DNA from: Takakia lepidozioides
Taxonomy: Eukaryota > Plantae > Bryophyta
Direction of reading: 5' to 3'
Assembly: GCA_030704615.1 (NCBI GenBank)
Contig: CM060732.1
Coordinates: 63,116,001-63,180,000, forward strand
Length of the DNA: 64,000 bases
The notes under the pieces were generated by a model. The model did no database searches. It saw nothing but the letters and a program-made list of their open reading frames with translations, and was not told where the DNA came from. How positions within the stretch are numbered: position 1 is the stretch's first letter; each line of letters starts with the position of its first letter. Of the stretch, positions 1-14,463 are shown in pieces. The position numbers and the translations under genes are program-made.

Positions 1-520
1 TACGAACCATATGTTGTCATGTACGCGGTTTTCTCCTCATCTCCTTCCGCCACTCGGATTTGATGGTACCCGGAGCGCAAATCGATCCGGCTGAAATACT
101 TCGCTCCTGCCAACCGATCGAAGAGGTCGTCGATCCTTGGCAAAGGGTACCGGTTCTTGATAGTCACCTTATTCAGGGCCCTGTAATTGACACACATCCG
201 TAGCGTCCCATCTTTCTTGTCTGCGAATAGCACCGGGGCTCCGTAAGGTGACTTACTCGGCCGGATGTACCCCTTTGACATTAGATCCTCGAACTGAGTC
301 TTCAGCTCGACCAACTCTCTGTGGCTCAACTGGTAGGGCGCCTTGGCAGGCGGCTCCGATCCCGGTATCACCTCAATCTTATGGTCAACTCCCCTTCGCG
401 GTGGCAAGCCGCTTGATAAATCCTCCGGCATCACATCTTGGTATTTCTCCAAAATCCTCTTGATCTAATCTGGGCTGGGCTCCCTATCGCCTTCTCCCTT
501 CACTTGTCTCACGTAAAGCA
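1..520 (-). mobile_element. Ty3/Gypsy (chromovirus-like) pol fragment, N-terminal part of reverse transcriptase; runs off the window edge
   Basis: Manual minus-strand translation: [74 protein letters not shown]. Different family from the three large elements. Confidence 0.9.
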
Positions 521-879
521 AAAACTGGGGCTCGTGTGGCTCCTCCACGGCCCACTCCCTTGCTGACAGAAGGTTTATTCGCCTTCCCACGGGGTTGGGC
601 GTTTCCGACTGTGATAACTCCCCACGACTCCCCACGACTCCCACCACAAGGTCTCCGCCCCATGGTGAGTCCTATGCCACCCCCACTAAGTCCCGCTAAG
701 CTACCGCCACCCCTCGTGGAATCACCCCCACCGCAACCCGGTGTGCGGGGCTCCACCTAGTGAGCGCCTCCGCCTCCTTGAGTGCCTTGGGCACTCAAGG
801 GTGCTTCAGCCCCCGCATCTATTGTTGCCACCGCCCCCACCACAAGGGCAGCCCCTCTCGTGTCCCGATCCCCTGCCCT

Positions 880-1735
880 CAAGGCAAAGGGCCGCGACAG
901 CCATCGTCGATGTGGGCAACCACCTCCATGAGAAAAGGGCGTTGCTGACATAGAAACCGAGATGCCAGGGCTGGAGCGACTAAAACCCAACTACCTAGGA
1001 AGGCAGCAGGGGCAGTGACGACTGTGGATAGTAAACCCACTCCTCCAGAAGAGATCGGGAGGGTAGCCTGACGACATGCCAAGGGCCCCTGCTCACTATC
1101 AAATGCACATGGGCCTAATAGACGACCAAAAATCCCCCTAACAGTCGTATCAAAAGAAGAAAGAAGCTCCACAAACTGGGGAGTGGAGGGGGAAACAACG
1201 CAAAAGATAAGAAGGTCGCTGTAAAAAACATTTGGTGATAATGCCATGGGTTACCTGCATATCGCCTAGTTTGGGAAGAAGCTCTATATGGCTTGTATCT
1301 TGTAGCAAAGCGTCTTGGAGGAAAGATGTTGTGTAAGGGCTACTACCAAAGGGAACACCTAACACTCGAATACCCTCAGATGGTGCTAGAAAGTCGACAG
1401 AAGGCACGAAATCTGAAGGCAGACCAGAGGGTGACAAAACTGTGGATTTGCGAGGTTGAACATGAGCCCAAGAGAGTGAAGTTGGGTAGCAAAGTGATGG
1501 AAAGCCAAAAGGATATCAGTGGGAGGGCCAGTGATGTGGGTATCATCAGCAATAGAAGGAAATATACAGGATTGGAAGGCTTGCGCAGATGAGCGAAGGG
1601 CTCGGAAGTGGGCAAAAGCAAAAAGAGGTCCCCCTAATGGATCGCCCTGGCGGGTTCCTACTTCGGACTGGATTATAGAAAGATCGCCGGTACGGGTGTG
1701 ATTACTGTAAAACAAAGGGGTGGAGGAAGCATATC
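880..1735 (-). mobile_element. Degenerate non-LTR retrotransposon RT fragment, CRE-clade-like
   Basis: Frameshifted ORFs 1386-1715, 1150-1437 and 879-1247 give GTRQGDPLGGPLF, PSIADDTHI, GIRVLGVPFGS and QATLPISSGGVGL, typical of CRE-type RT. Confidence 0.75.
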
Positions 1736-2416
1736 ATTTTGGCCATACTAAGATAAACTTCTGCCAGACTTCACACAATTTACAGAGGTTTATCTATTGT
1801 TCACATCGGACGCATCCTTAGTAGCCCCCCAGGCTAAAGAGACACCATAACTTACACTTTCTTAGGGAGGCATCATCCTTTTCATTTTTATGTGGGATAC
1901 ATTTTTAGGAATTTGCAGAATTATAACAAGAGTTTGCATGTTGGTGATCACATTGAAGCTTTTACCATCTCTTTTCAAGAATGTTTTGGGAAATTGAACT
2001 CAATTTTGTATCATCTTTCGTTCAATAGCAAATTTTCACTGTCTGTTAATTTGTGTATATATATATATAATATATATCCTTTGTATTTTGCGTGGGCATA
2101 TACTAGTGAATCCTAACTCGTAAGGACCCAAAGTGTGTTACATCTTGGAACGCCCGCTCCAAATTGACAAGTGTGTTTATGGGGCGTTACTGGTTGAGTC
2201 AGCACACATTTGAAGCGATTTTTATGCTTGGTAAAGAATTGGGGCACGAGGGTTTATCAGTTTTTGCCCCCTGAGACTTGGGCACTGCCCTCATCTCTAT
2301 AATGGGCTTAAACTGGTGAACCCCTTTGCCCCAGTTCTTTACTCTTCACATGGTTCACATATAGTCGTCTGAGTTTGCTACACTTTGCATACTAAAAACA
2401 TTACCGTAGGTTCATA

Positions 2417-3277
2417 GCAGATTAGGCACCCCAGTGCCTAATAATTATTAAATTTGGAAAAAAAAAATTAGGCACTTTAAAAAAGGATTTATATAAATTA
2501 GACACTTTTCATCCATAATATTTGGTGTTAGGAACCTTTCATCACTTGGAACTTCTCCTTCCATCCCCAAAGGTCTCACGTACCCTCTCTCTTCTTCCCA
2601 AAGACATACCCTAAAAAAAAGTCTTTTCTAATGGAGATGGCGTCTGAAAGCCCAACTGCACGAATGCGGGCACAAATGTGGAGATGGCTAACAATGGAGG
2701 AACCCAGCCTGGGCCAAGCTTAGGTCAGGCGCAACTTTTAGCCCGCAGGCTAAATCCTGGCCCAAACCCACACTCACTACGAGATCACAAGGTAATGGGC
2801 TCAAATTGTGCTTCAATTTTTTGATCTGTCGTTGGAACGACCCCGACAAGTGGTTGGCCTAGGAGATGGAATTAAGGAGTGACATTTGAGACTGAGAGAG
2901 AAATCCAACTACAAAAGGCAGTGACAACGTGACAACTTGATACCCACACCATCTGCAGTAATAATTGCGTACCTTAATACTTATCCTGCTAACTTGGAAA
3001 TCCTCTTATGTAACGCTTGATTCTGTACTTAGTACTTATCATTGGAAGATCCTTTGGAGGTTGTATGGACCTAGGGAGTTGGCCTATACTTTTTGAAAAT
3101 TTATGGAGGCATTTGTTTTTTGTTTTCAATAGAAATTTTATAGAGTAGGATTTTTTTAGACAATTTTATTGAATTAGGCACTTTCATATTATTTTCCAAC
3201 CTTTTAGGCATAAATCTTGAAAAATCACAGATTTGCTTAGGCACTTTTTTTATAAAAAAAAATTGTGCCTAATCTGC
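2417..3277. mobile_element. MITE-like non-autonomous TIR element
   Basis: 13-bp inverted termini GCAGATTAGGCAC (2417-2429) / GTGCCTAATCTGC (3265-3277); several subterminal TTAGGCAC copies; no coding capacity. Confidence 0.5.
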
Positions 3278-5901
3278 AGTATTATGTAATGCAAAGTCTG
3301 ACTTTTGCAACAAAATATTTAATTTCTTTAGGAAATCAAGTATGCTTCTACATTTAAGGCATATTCATGATTTGGCTGTTATGGTATTGAAAAATAATTC
3401 TTTTTCAATACCAAGACTCGGCTGGTATTAAAAAAAAGTAATACCCGCCCAACACCAGGTGTAGACTGTAAACCCCCCAGTAGTTTATATGAGGAGGATG
3501 AGGATTCACTACAATGATGACTAAGGGGAGAAAGGCTTGGGTGGTGCTATATGCAACTATTTCCGAATCTACAGATACTAGAAGGCGCCGGTAACTAGCA
3601 AGGAATTCAGTCTGGCTTATGGCAAGGGCAGCATCATCTGCTCACGTGTTTCCAACACATGTATTTCTTGGATGGACACATTTGCGACTCTATCATGAAG
3701 AGCTCAAATCAGCACCTTGTGTAATACCCTGTCGACAACAACACCCCTCAAACCAACCCAGCTGAAAGTTTAGGCCTCTTCTTTGGCCTTGTCGATTTGC
3801 TCTGTGGAGTTATAGATATATATATAAAATTGGGGGTGGGGGTGGGGGTGGGGGGAGGGGGGTCTGTCTTCACTTCATTAGAGGTTTATAATTCACAATA
3901 ATTAATTCATTTGGCCCTCCACTGCCTTTTTTTTTTCAAAGGAAAAAAATACTATTGAGCAAGAATCATTGTCGTCAAAAAACTTTTAAGAATCAAGCTT
4001 TCCATACAGCCCAGTGTGGTTTTCCACGCCTTCTTACTAGGTTTATTATGCCTCTGCTGCCTTCCAAAGAAAAAGAAAAGATATTAATGAGCCACTGATC
4101 ATCATTTTAAAAGACGCAAGTCTAAATCAGCAGACATCAGTAAGCTTCCATAGGCTCAATATCAGCTCCACGAGGCCTTCAGAGAATCCTGGGCTAAGCA
4201 AGGAATCATATGCTCAAACCCTTCACCAAGCATCTGCTCATGAAGCTCAGTCCCCCAGTGTTGGGAAAACCGCTGCACGCTTCTGCCCTGATTCTCTAGA
4301 CTTCAACTGCGATAATAACGGAAGCACCTCAAGGGGAAGCGCTCGGTGAAGCTGAACTTCGACAAATGACGGTGATCCTTCATCGAAGTAGATGCTCCCA
4401 CTCTCAGGGCTAGGTGTACGCTGGCAGTTACGTGAGGGGGTCCTTCTCATTGCTAATGCATAAGTCAGTTCTTGCATTCATACTCTCTTACATCATTACA
4501 CGGATGGGGTCTTGCCCGAATGGTCGTCCATCTTGCCTTCCCTATGCCTCTATGGCTTATCTGTTTTTTCTAGTTATCTTCCAGGCTTTCGCCATTAAGA
4601 TGGTCTCTCTAGCTTTTGCCTGGGCTCATCCCTCATCCGATAGATGTGTTTTATGCCTTATGACATCAACAGGGTTTATTTTTCTCCCTCAAAAAACCTA
4701 AATGGCGAAGGATTTTTTTTAAAAAGAAGTCTAAATTGGACAAATCCTCCTTGCTCCAAGTTTAACAAATCCGACATTAATGATCTACCCACCATAGCAT
4801 TTGAAATGGATAGATTCTATGGATTGAGCATGTAGCAAAATTCCAAATGAAATTTCAGGCTGCCCATCCTTGACTCACTGACAAAAAACAACTCCAAAAT
4901 TTGCGAGAAGATGTGATCCCAAAACAGAAACTTTTATTTAAAAATTCGATAAGAAAACCAATGTTTTTGCCCCCAAAAAAATTTAGTCCAACTGTTTTTG
5001 TCCTTAACTAAATCGGTAGGGAGGATTTCTCTAAATTTTTTTGAGGTGGTACCCTTCCTGTTCTACAGGACCTTTCGGCGGCTGGAGGTGTCGTTTACCA
5101 GTAGTATTGCAAAAGAAAATGCTTGTGCAGATAGGGGGTGGACATCTATGGGAAAGGGATCCATGATTACATAGGTGTCATAGAAGTAGGCACTCACCTA
5201 CTGACCTTCAACTAATGAACTTTAAGAGTTGATGTGAGCATCAGTTCGCTTGATACAACAGGGTCTCCAACAGATCGTAACAGGCTTAGAGAGGAAAGGC
5301 AACAGTTTTGTACAATAGAAAGTCTCCGTCTGAGGGGTTTGTGTGGTGTTTAAGCAATCCCTGGATGCTTTGGCACAAACCCAGTTTCTACAGCATAAAG
5401 ACCTCATCGAACGGACCACAATGATTTCTACCTTCTCAGGGCAACACGGTGGAACCAATGGTTCCCACCCCCAGGGTCCATTCTCTGACCACTGACACAG
5501 TAGCTTTCAAGCTTAAAAGCCGCTCTAAAATACACTGGAAATAAGCACACAATGAAAACATCATTCAAGAAAGTACCGGACTAGAGAGCTGGGGTATCCC
5601 AAACGAGACAATATGAACTTTTGCACTTGTGTATCAAGTGGTCACGTAAACTGATCTACATCCAAAGGTCCTCGAATCGAAAAAGTAATGCGTGAAGCAT
5701 CCATAGTAAATGTGTAGTGTCCATCAACCCCCAAATAAAGACGTCCATGTCAAGGGTTGATGGATTTATCACTCTGATTAGTCCACATTACCACCCAACA
5801 TTACCACATTTTATGCATAGGGAAGTGCCAAAGAGAAAAGTAGAGCATAAATCTTTATCAATGAACAATAACAAGGCGCTAAATCAAGCGCACCCTAATT
5901 C

Positions 5902-8900
5902 TCAATACCGGATGGGGAGGCCATAATTTTGGAATGTGGTGATTTCACCCCCTAAACTAGCTGTCACTATGACCATACCCCACCCCGCCGACACTGCAGG
6001 TGTATCACCTCGGGCACTCCCCTCAGTGTCAATGCACCCACTCACATTACTCCCCTCTGACAGGGTTCGAGCAAACCCAGATCCTGAACCTGACCTACTG
6101 CCGAAGGAAGGGAGCTTTTCTTCTGGCCAAGTGGCAGACCCTTTGGGTCCACTATCAGGGAAGAAACTGGGGCACCGCTGCAAGTGTGGTGGGCTATCAT
6201 GGCAATTACTTAAAGCTGGGGAACTGACAGATGGCTCTTCAGTTGCATCCATTAGTGATGCTTCTGGTCGGCCACTGTAGCCTTTGTCTCCTTGCTCTGC
6301 TGAGGCAATTTCATCCCCACCAGACGCCTCTGCCATTCTACCTGATCCAAACAAGCCTAATGGAGACCGCCCAAGAACCGATGCCGCATAGGTGGATGGC
6401 AGGACAGACAAATTCTCCTCTGGGCTACCATTCTCAGAGTCACGACCTGCATGATTTTGCTCTCTTGAAGGTGAGTCAACTCCATCACTTCCACTACCGG
6501 CTGACCTACCTGGAGTCTCACTGCCCTGGACCGATAGGCTTGATCGAGGGGCACCTCCAGGCCATGGTATCGCAACAGAAACATGGCGAGAGTAGAAATC
6601 CTCGCACGATTGTTGCTTGTCTTTCCGATAGCCAGATTTAGTGGAGGGCGCACTTGAAATCCCAGAGCTCCAGACGAACACACGCGAGTCCTCACTGGCA
6701 CTCACAATGAAGTTTCCATTTGGACTAAAGGACGCTGAGATCTGGCTGTTGACATTTCGCAGACCTGCCGAATTCGAAACGTAAGAAGAAAAATTAAGCA
6801 GCAGATGGAGGGGTATGGGGAGAAAGAGAGACAGATGCTCATACCTTAAAGATTTCCCATCAGATGCTGTCTTAATAGGATGCATGGAACTATCATAGGT
6901 CTCCGACAGCCCATAGCCTATCATTTGCGAGTTTGTGGTCTAGTCTAGAGCTGCCCAAATAGAGTATCTGCAGTATGATAGTTCCAAATGAAACGATTAC
7001 AGGTGAGAGTACAGACAACGACAGCTGCAGCAAGATACACTGTACAGTATGCAGGTGCTGGGGGTTGTAAGAATGACTCAAGAAAAAATTCACACCTTTG
7101 TATTTGGCATGCAAGTCCAGTCCATCATAGACCCGAATGCGAGAGTCATTCGATGTCACCAACACTTTACTGGGGTACCCTGGCATGCACTGTCCACCAC
7201 CAGGCTATTTAGATAGACATAAACCTGCTCTAACTGCTACCTCTCTGAACCATACATATCCGAATTGAAAGAGCCTGCATTGGCCCTCATTAGGATGGTT
7301 CAACCAGGAAAATGCCGCCCACCGGTTTTATGGCTGGTAGTCTTCCACTTGCAGTGCACACATGAAGGAGACGACAAGGTTATGGAAAATTACGGGTTAA
7401 CTAGTCAGGGAGGTTGGCAGGAGAACTTTACATGAAGGCCAGTAATCTTCTTGCCACGAGCCTTCTTGTTTCGATCACTGCGCACGTCAATGTTTCCATC
7501 CAGCTGCAGCTTGTTCCCTGCGGGCAGTGATTCTTCAACATATTTAGAAGTTTGTCATATAATAGATATTGCCATGGTCTTGTAAAACAGTTGGGTGGTT
7601 ATGAATCCCAAGACTTAGCTGCAAGTAGATTAATTCATGACAATTTCACTCGTAGTCACCACGAAACACTCAGAAAAACATATTGCAAACTGAGCTGAAA
7701 TAACATCTGCTCCCACTGGGTTTACAACCTCTCAGTGGACCACAAACCAGACAATCTAACAACCATTTAGAAGAAGTAAAGGCTATCAAAAGCAGGCAAG
7801 AATAACATTATTGTAACCTTGATCACCATGGCACAAAGGGTAAACAGAAGTTAACGGCTAGGGTTCAAACCTGCAGTGTTGTAGAAACGGCAGGTACCCT
7901 TATATGACCCCACAATCGCTCTCTGCTCACGCAACCACAGCAGCACAAAGCCTATGCAAGTGAGTCGCTCACCAATAGAAAAACAAGTGGCAACTCCTAG
8001 AAATCATTAGCTGACCAATTTCTATGAGACTTGCAAGATTACCTTTCTACTCCAGTCATCGGGTAACTCGGGAAAGAGTGCAGTCTTAACCTTATAAATA
8101 ACCATCAGCCAATCAACATCATCATTCATATCAGCTGCTACAACCCCCCACTGAATCAGCCCCATTGACTGATAATATAGGAATATGTTCATATAAGTAA
8201 TTCTCATGCTGAGTGTCTGTTACAGGTCTGGACACAAAACAGAAATACAGCTATGTTGGCTAGTACTCAAGAGACGGAGCAAATCTAAACCTCATTTAGG
8301 TTTTCCTTCATCCAAGAACAAGTTTGTGAACAGACTATATTAAACCAAAATTCAATTCTAGCTCTGTAACGCTGGCCATGGAACTCCGTGGCACTATCAG
8401 TCAGCGAAGGTTGCTACTGGACATATCTAGCTCATCAGAGGTGGAACCCCACAGTTGCAGGGGCACAACACCCCCAGAAGGATTTAGTACCTCTCAACAG
8501 AGTGAATCCAATGGTCCAAACATAGCTATCGGAAAAACCCAAACCTGGCTCAGAGACTGAAAGCTTAGGTAAAGTGCTAACCACTCAAGAGAGAGAAAGG
8601 AAGAAGGAAAGGGGAAAACATGTTTATACACGAACATGAAGCTCCTAGGTAGAAAAAGAACGAAAGAAAAAGACTTCCAAAACAAAAAGGAATCTACGCA
8701 TAAGGCTTTGTTTGCCATAGCCTTGTGGCCATAGACTCCGCGTCCAGTTTGGGCAGGAAAGATAGGGAATATAAACTACCTTTGTGAAGGGCTCACTCCG
8801 GTAGTGTGACTTACATTGGTAAAGACAATTAGTTCGGGCTTTCCAGATATTCTCTAGAAAACCCTTCACACAAGCATCAATCTGCAGTGTGTGAGTAGCC

Positions 8901-11900
8901 CAAAGCTAGACCCCAACGGGACAGGAAAAAGTAGAGAATGTACTCATATGATGTTGTTTGCCGTAGTCTTGTGGCCATTGACCCCGCACCCAGTTTGAGC
9001 AGAACACAAAGGGACGGAACCTACCTCTGTCAGGGGCTGACATCAGTAATAAGACTTACTTGAAATAGTACATTGATCCCGGTTTTCCAGATATCCTCCA
9101 GAAATCCCTTCACACAAGCATCAATCTGCTGTGTGTGGTTTGCCCAATAACTAGGCCCCAGAAGGGCCTGGGCTTTTGGCTCAGCCTTGAGACTTTCAAA
9201 GTTGGTAAACAGAGGTACAGGCACAATTCCCTGACAGATTTGAGGAGAGCGTCTCTCTGGTGAGAGAACCCCAGACAGTGAGTCAAAAAATGAATATTGT
9301 CTTCAGGTTGCCCACACGGGCAATTGCACTCTCCCTTTCCTCTCTGCTTCTGTTTGCTGTTCAAAGGTAGGCTTCCCGCCCTGAGTTTAAATTTCAGTCT
9401 AGTGCCGAGAGTGGGTAGGCCCTTGAGGTCATCCATGATGTCCTGCCCCATGTCACAGACTGGAAACAAGTTCAGGGAAGTTTTCTTCCTAACTTCATTT
9501 TCATTAGACAATTTCCTGGCAACAGATATGGCTTTGGACACTACAGCCTCTAAGTCAGATGTATCCAGCAGGGTCAAGACTTGCGGGTTAAGATTCAGAT
9601 CCTTGAGAATCTCTTGTACTCTCTTCTGCCAGGACTTAGTCTGTTTGACAGGGCGGTCCTTTTTCCAAGATATAGAGTCGATTAACTTAGGATATCTGGT
9701 GTTGGACATATGTTGCAGCTGACCCCACCATCTGACCTTGAATTCATCTCATCGGGAGCTTAAGGAAGGGATGCCAAACTCACCCCGAACAGCGACATTG
9801 GCTGTTTTGGAGCATGCTGACAAAGCATGGTTTTCTTGACCTCAGAGTTGATCCCTCTGCAGTGGAAGAATTTAGGAAAAAGTAGAGAGAGAGGAAGAGA
9901 GGTCTGATCTTCATGTGTTTCTCTACAAACTGACCCTGCCAGGTCAGCAATGCTTGGCTGCCAGGATTGTGATCAAGAAGTGTTTAACTTTCATCTGAGG
10001 GTGTTTTCCCATCCTCACCTGGGTCAAAAAGAAAAGAGAATGAAAGGAACATACCAAAAGAGTTCCTAGGACAAAAACATTTAACAATAGGCTTAAACTA
10101 GTGAGAGAAAGAGAGCGAACCAGCACAACCCACCTTGCCATCTGGGGTGTAGCATACAGCTGTCACCATCTCACGCAAATCACTCCAATCCACAACTTGG
10201 TGGTCTGGAATACTCCATATACGTACTTTGTCATCAAGTGCCCCACTCAGAAAGTAGCGATCATCGACCGGATTAAACTCGATGCATGTCACTAATCCCA
10301 ATTTCAACCACAACCACAAATCGGACCAAATCATGTTCAGAAACCATTTCAAGCACTTCATTATACTGGATCTGCCCATGAGAAAAACTACTGAAGGAAG
10401 ATAAATTATCAATTGTCACATTCAGTCAGCCTTAAGAGAGAATGCACAAACTTGTCTGCATTTCCTTCAATAATATGCCTAACCTAATATATGGATATTT
10501 AATGTATCAACCTATGCCTAACCTAATATATGGATATCTACATGAACCCCATGCACAGTGGAGCCTCCAATGGGTCCAATCACTAAGAATGTGAGGCAGC
10601 ACCATCATCATACACCTCCATTTCACCACGCTGCAAACACATTTTCTCTTTCTTATCTGTAGAACTGGACAGTTCTTGTAGAGTTGAATTGAGTCACCAA
10701 AAGCTTACCGTAGTCATTATGCGAGAAGATTCTCAAGCACTCCTCATATGAGATGTGCCACAACCGCACTGTTTTGTCCATAGATGATGACAGTAGAAAC
10801 TGCATTCACACCCAGGATGACACCCATTAGCAGCTCCACTAGGACATGCCGGCCACAAATGAAGCCATGGACAATAAAGTAGATATGTTAGCCCTGCAGA
10901 GAAGGCAATGCATAACGTTGTGAATTGACAGAATGGTGGTCTGCAATAAACTATTCAAAATATGCTTTAACAAGACTGGTCACAAGTGATGACAGCAGAG
11001 TTACAATTGGTAAAGAGCCACTTGAGAGTCAGACAACTCGGTATCATTCTTGTGAAACATCTGGAGTGAAGCAGAATCTTTCAGATAGAACATCATAGAC
11101 TCTGAGTTCACAGTCCATGTTGCCACCTAGATTGGAGCAACACATCCAGGAATGTTGAGTGAGAAACAGCCGCAGTGGCAGCATGACATTACAGGTTCTA
11201 AACTTGGCATACCCTTATTTGAACCAGAAGTTGATTTATTACCTTTATCTTATGGACTCATTACCTGAGTTCTTGACCACGACAAATCCAATACATCTTC
11301 AGTATGGCCACAAAATGAGCACATGGCTTTTTCGGAAAGCCAAAACAACTTGGGGAGGGGCCCCTTGTTGTCAAGATTGCCAGACTTCCTTTTGCCTAAG
11401 GCAGGCCTTCCGGTCTTTCGTCCCTCACTGGCATGAATCAATCCTGGTTGCAAACCAATCTCAGAGCTCCCATTATTCTGTGCAACCTTGTATGCACCTG
11501 GCACCAACCCACTAATTTTAGTTCACAACACTGAAGACCAAAAATTCCATCTCGCATCTCAGTCCAGGATCCAGTTTCGTACAGAAGCTTGCAGTCTCAT
11601 ATACTTGGTTCATATAATACACACAATTAGGGATTTCCTTACAAATCTGAACAGGACTAATTTCAGTTTGCTTCTGCACTCTTAAACTTTATGCTTCAAA
11701 TATACAGAGCTGAAGCTCAGCACAAACTTGGACCTTCTTCTTTCATGCACAGAGGACAACTTGAATAGCCTTCCCAGACTTGGCACTAAGCTAAACTTCA
11801 CCCTATAGTGTAGGCTGCCTACTTCACAGAGTCTGCCAGAGCACTGGACGTGATGGTGCCGATGGTATACATTCTGATGTATAGAACTAAGTTTTATACT

Positions 11901-14463
11901 GAATCAGAGCACTCCTTGGGCTCAAAGGCTTAAGAAAAGTGTCATTCTACCCCTTTTCCCAGAGGCTTGACAAGCATGGAAATTGTTACCCTCCTTGGGT
12001 CTGGGATCTGGGGTCAACATTCACTTTTCATGCCATAGGAGATAGTCTGAAAGCTTGATCAACTTCATTTTTGGAGGAAAAGTCCCACTGCTACACTCAG
12101 CCTCCTGTGGTTAGCCTCCTGTGCTGTTAGTAATCACATTTCACTCTCCCCTTGACCTCCTCCCCTGTCTTACCCCATTGCTGTTCCATCTAAACCAGTT
12201 GTAGGGCCGATGGTCACAATGGAATGGTAAGCAAAAAATCTCTTCTCTAATCCTACAGACATCATACTTTTCTACGTTTCTTTTTCTTATCTCTCTCTCC
12301 TCCCAGGTGGACACAAAAATCAGAAGGGCCAGGTCAAACCCTAAACCAAGGACTCTCAGTCCTCCAGGCTTAGTTAGACAACCATAACCACATTTTAGGA
12401 TTGCTGATGGTGTGCCTACCTGGTTCTGCTGTTGAAGGGTGATCAAGGATCTCCCAGACATGGACGACCCGGTCTTGTCCGGCACTCGCAAGGTAACGTC
12501 CATCCGGGCTAAATTTCATTGTCCAGATAGCACCCTGGTGAGCCTGGATTTCCTGGCCCATGTGAAGTTCTGACAACTCCTTGTAGCTCTTGCGGCGCAA
12601 CCGAACTTTGATTCGCTGGGGCTTTCTCCATGCAGGCGCTGCTGTGTCAGAGTTCTCATCAGTCGCGGACCCTGAGCGCCGGCCTCTGGAAGAACCCTCT
12701 TTATCACGACCTCCCATGAATGAAGGTTCTCTCGAACGCCCTCCCTTGGACGAACCATCTTTTGAATGGCCTCCCTTCGATGAACCCTCTGTATCATCAC
12801 AACTTTGATAGCCTCTACCACTTCGAGACAGCACTCCATCTGCTGAGTTCTTCTTGGATCCCCTCACCAAGAGTGTGCCTTTGATGTTCTTGAGCCAATT
12901 TTTCTTATTAAACATGACTCGAGGACGAGTGTTCAAATCTGGGCCTGCTTGATTATTGCCACTGTGCCCTTCTGCCTCTCTCTCTCTTCTTCTAAGCTCT
13001 TGTATGACAGGGGAGAGCCCCAGGGAGCTCTCAAACTCCTCAAGAGTCAACTCCTTGCCTGTGTCAACCTCCCTAAGTCTATTCCAGGTTCCATCTCCTA
13101 ACTCGTTTACAACAAACTCCTTCCCGCTGTCTAAATCCCGTATTGTATACCCAGCCTCCTTCATGCTCTCAGTCAGCAGCAAGGTTCCATCACGGCTGGT
13201 CGACTGGACCTTATCATCCCTGCTACAATGCTCCAAAATCTCGACATAATCATCGCCCGAACTGGACGTCAGGGGCTCATACGCCGATTGCGAGTGCGCC
13301 TCGTCATTCCATGCCCCACTGCCTTCCCCAAAAGGTGAAGAGCTGCTCCCCTGACTGGCAGGGCCCCTGCTTACAACCTCCCCATGGTTTGGGCTGGATT
13401 CTGGGGTATTTAGGATGCCCTCTGCCAAGCTTTCAGCTCCCCAACGTACTTGCAAATCACAGGAGCAGGCCAGAGTGGCTGATCTCGTTGCTGGAATGGT
13501 TTGATGGCTACTGCGTGACTTCGAGGGCAGGGGACCAGATCTACTCCTCCCTCCCCTCAAAACAGCACCACCCACATCTGCAAGCCTATCCATACCAGGC
13601 ATTCCAAACTCGGGCAGAGAACCTACTCCAATCCTACCAGGCTGGGCAAGATTCTTCAATCCATTTGCAGAGGAACTTCCCACCATCCCCATTCCAACCT
13701 CCCCGCTCCTCTGAACCTCAGAAGAGCTCAAGGTCCATAAGCAATCATACTTGGAAACCGCTTCACGCCCTAGTTCGCCACCACATGTCGGACACTTGTC
13801 CTGCACATTTCACCATTTATGTTTGGGTACTGCTCATATTTCCTTTGAACAAGATTAGTTGCCAACTGAACATACTTAAAGCACTCACTTCCAAGAGATA
13901 TGATCACTTTCCGATTTCTCAATATAGTACTGACTGCATTGCATGTTCCCGAAATAAACGGATCATATCACAGTTAATGGCTTTCCCTAGCACGACAATC
14001 CGGCAACATGTCTAATACATAGTAATTAATCTTAATACTACTCAACATACAATGAACTTACATTTTCCTGGCTGGCATCTGTTGCTGCCGCTAATCTTCC
14101 TATACTAGTACTTTTTCTCTCGCCACCTGGAGCAGATGAAGATTCAGCAGCAAGCCCGGATCCATGCCCTGACTCGGATTCTCTTAGGTTTCTAATTCCC
14201 ATCCGCTTGAAAAACCTTTGACGCCGATCATGAATGCTCCCAGGGTCATCCTTCCACACTTGAAACTTGGAATTGAGGTAGGAAGAGGAGGAGGGCCACA
14301 GTGGCGGACGATCTTTGCCGTTGGCAGCTGCTGCATTCCTTGCGCTGCTGGGCACACTGGGCAAGTGTCGACCAGTCTCGCCATCTGCGCTCTCCGAGCT
14401 GGATGTCGAAGATATTTCTTCCCGGGCCTCATGAAACTCCTCGTCTGACACTAACCCCTCCAT
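5902..14463 (-). CDS. WD40-repeat protein, WDR44-like; exons 14463-14062, 13800-12420, 11497-11265, 10799-10709, 10291-10134, 7922-7871, 7517-7432, 7189-7096, 6764-5902
   Basis: All introns GT..AG with consistent phase. WD repeats: [126 protein letters not shown]-terminal [23 protein letters not shown]. Confidence 0.93.
8700..9830 (-). mobile_element. 3' fragment of a LINE in intron 5 of the WD40 gene, with a duplicated ~200-bp 3' segment
   Basis: ORF 9110-9709 has [13 protein letters not shown]...[18 protein letters not shown] (LINE ORF2 C-terminal zinc-knuckle pattern); ~8708-8905 is a diverged copy of ~8957-9145. Confidence 0.65.

Noticed and set aside
13143-14015. 290-aa plus-strand ORF
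   Set aside because: Antisense shadow of WD40 exon 2 with no recognisable domain.
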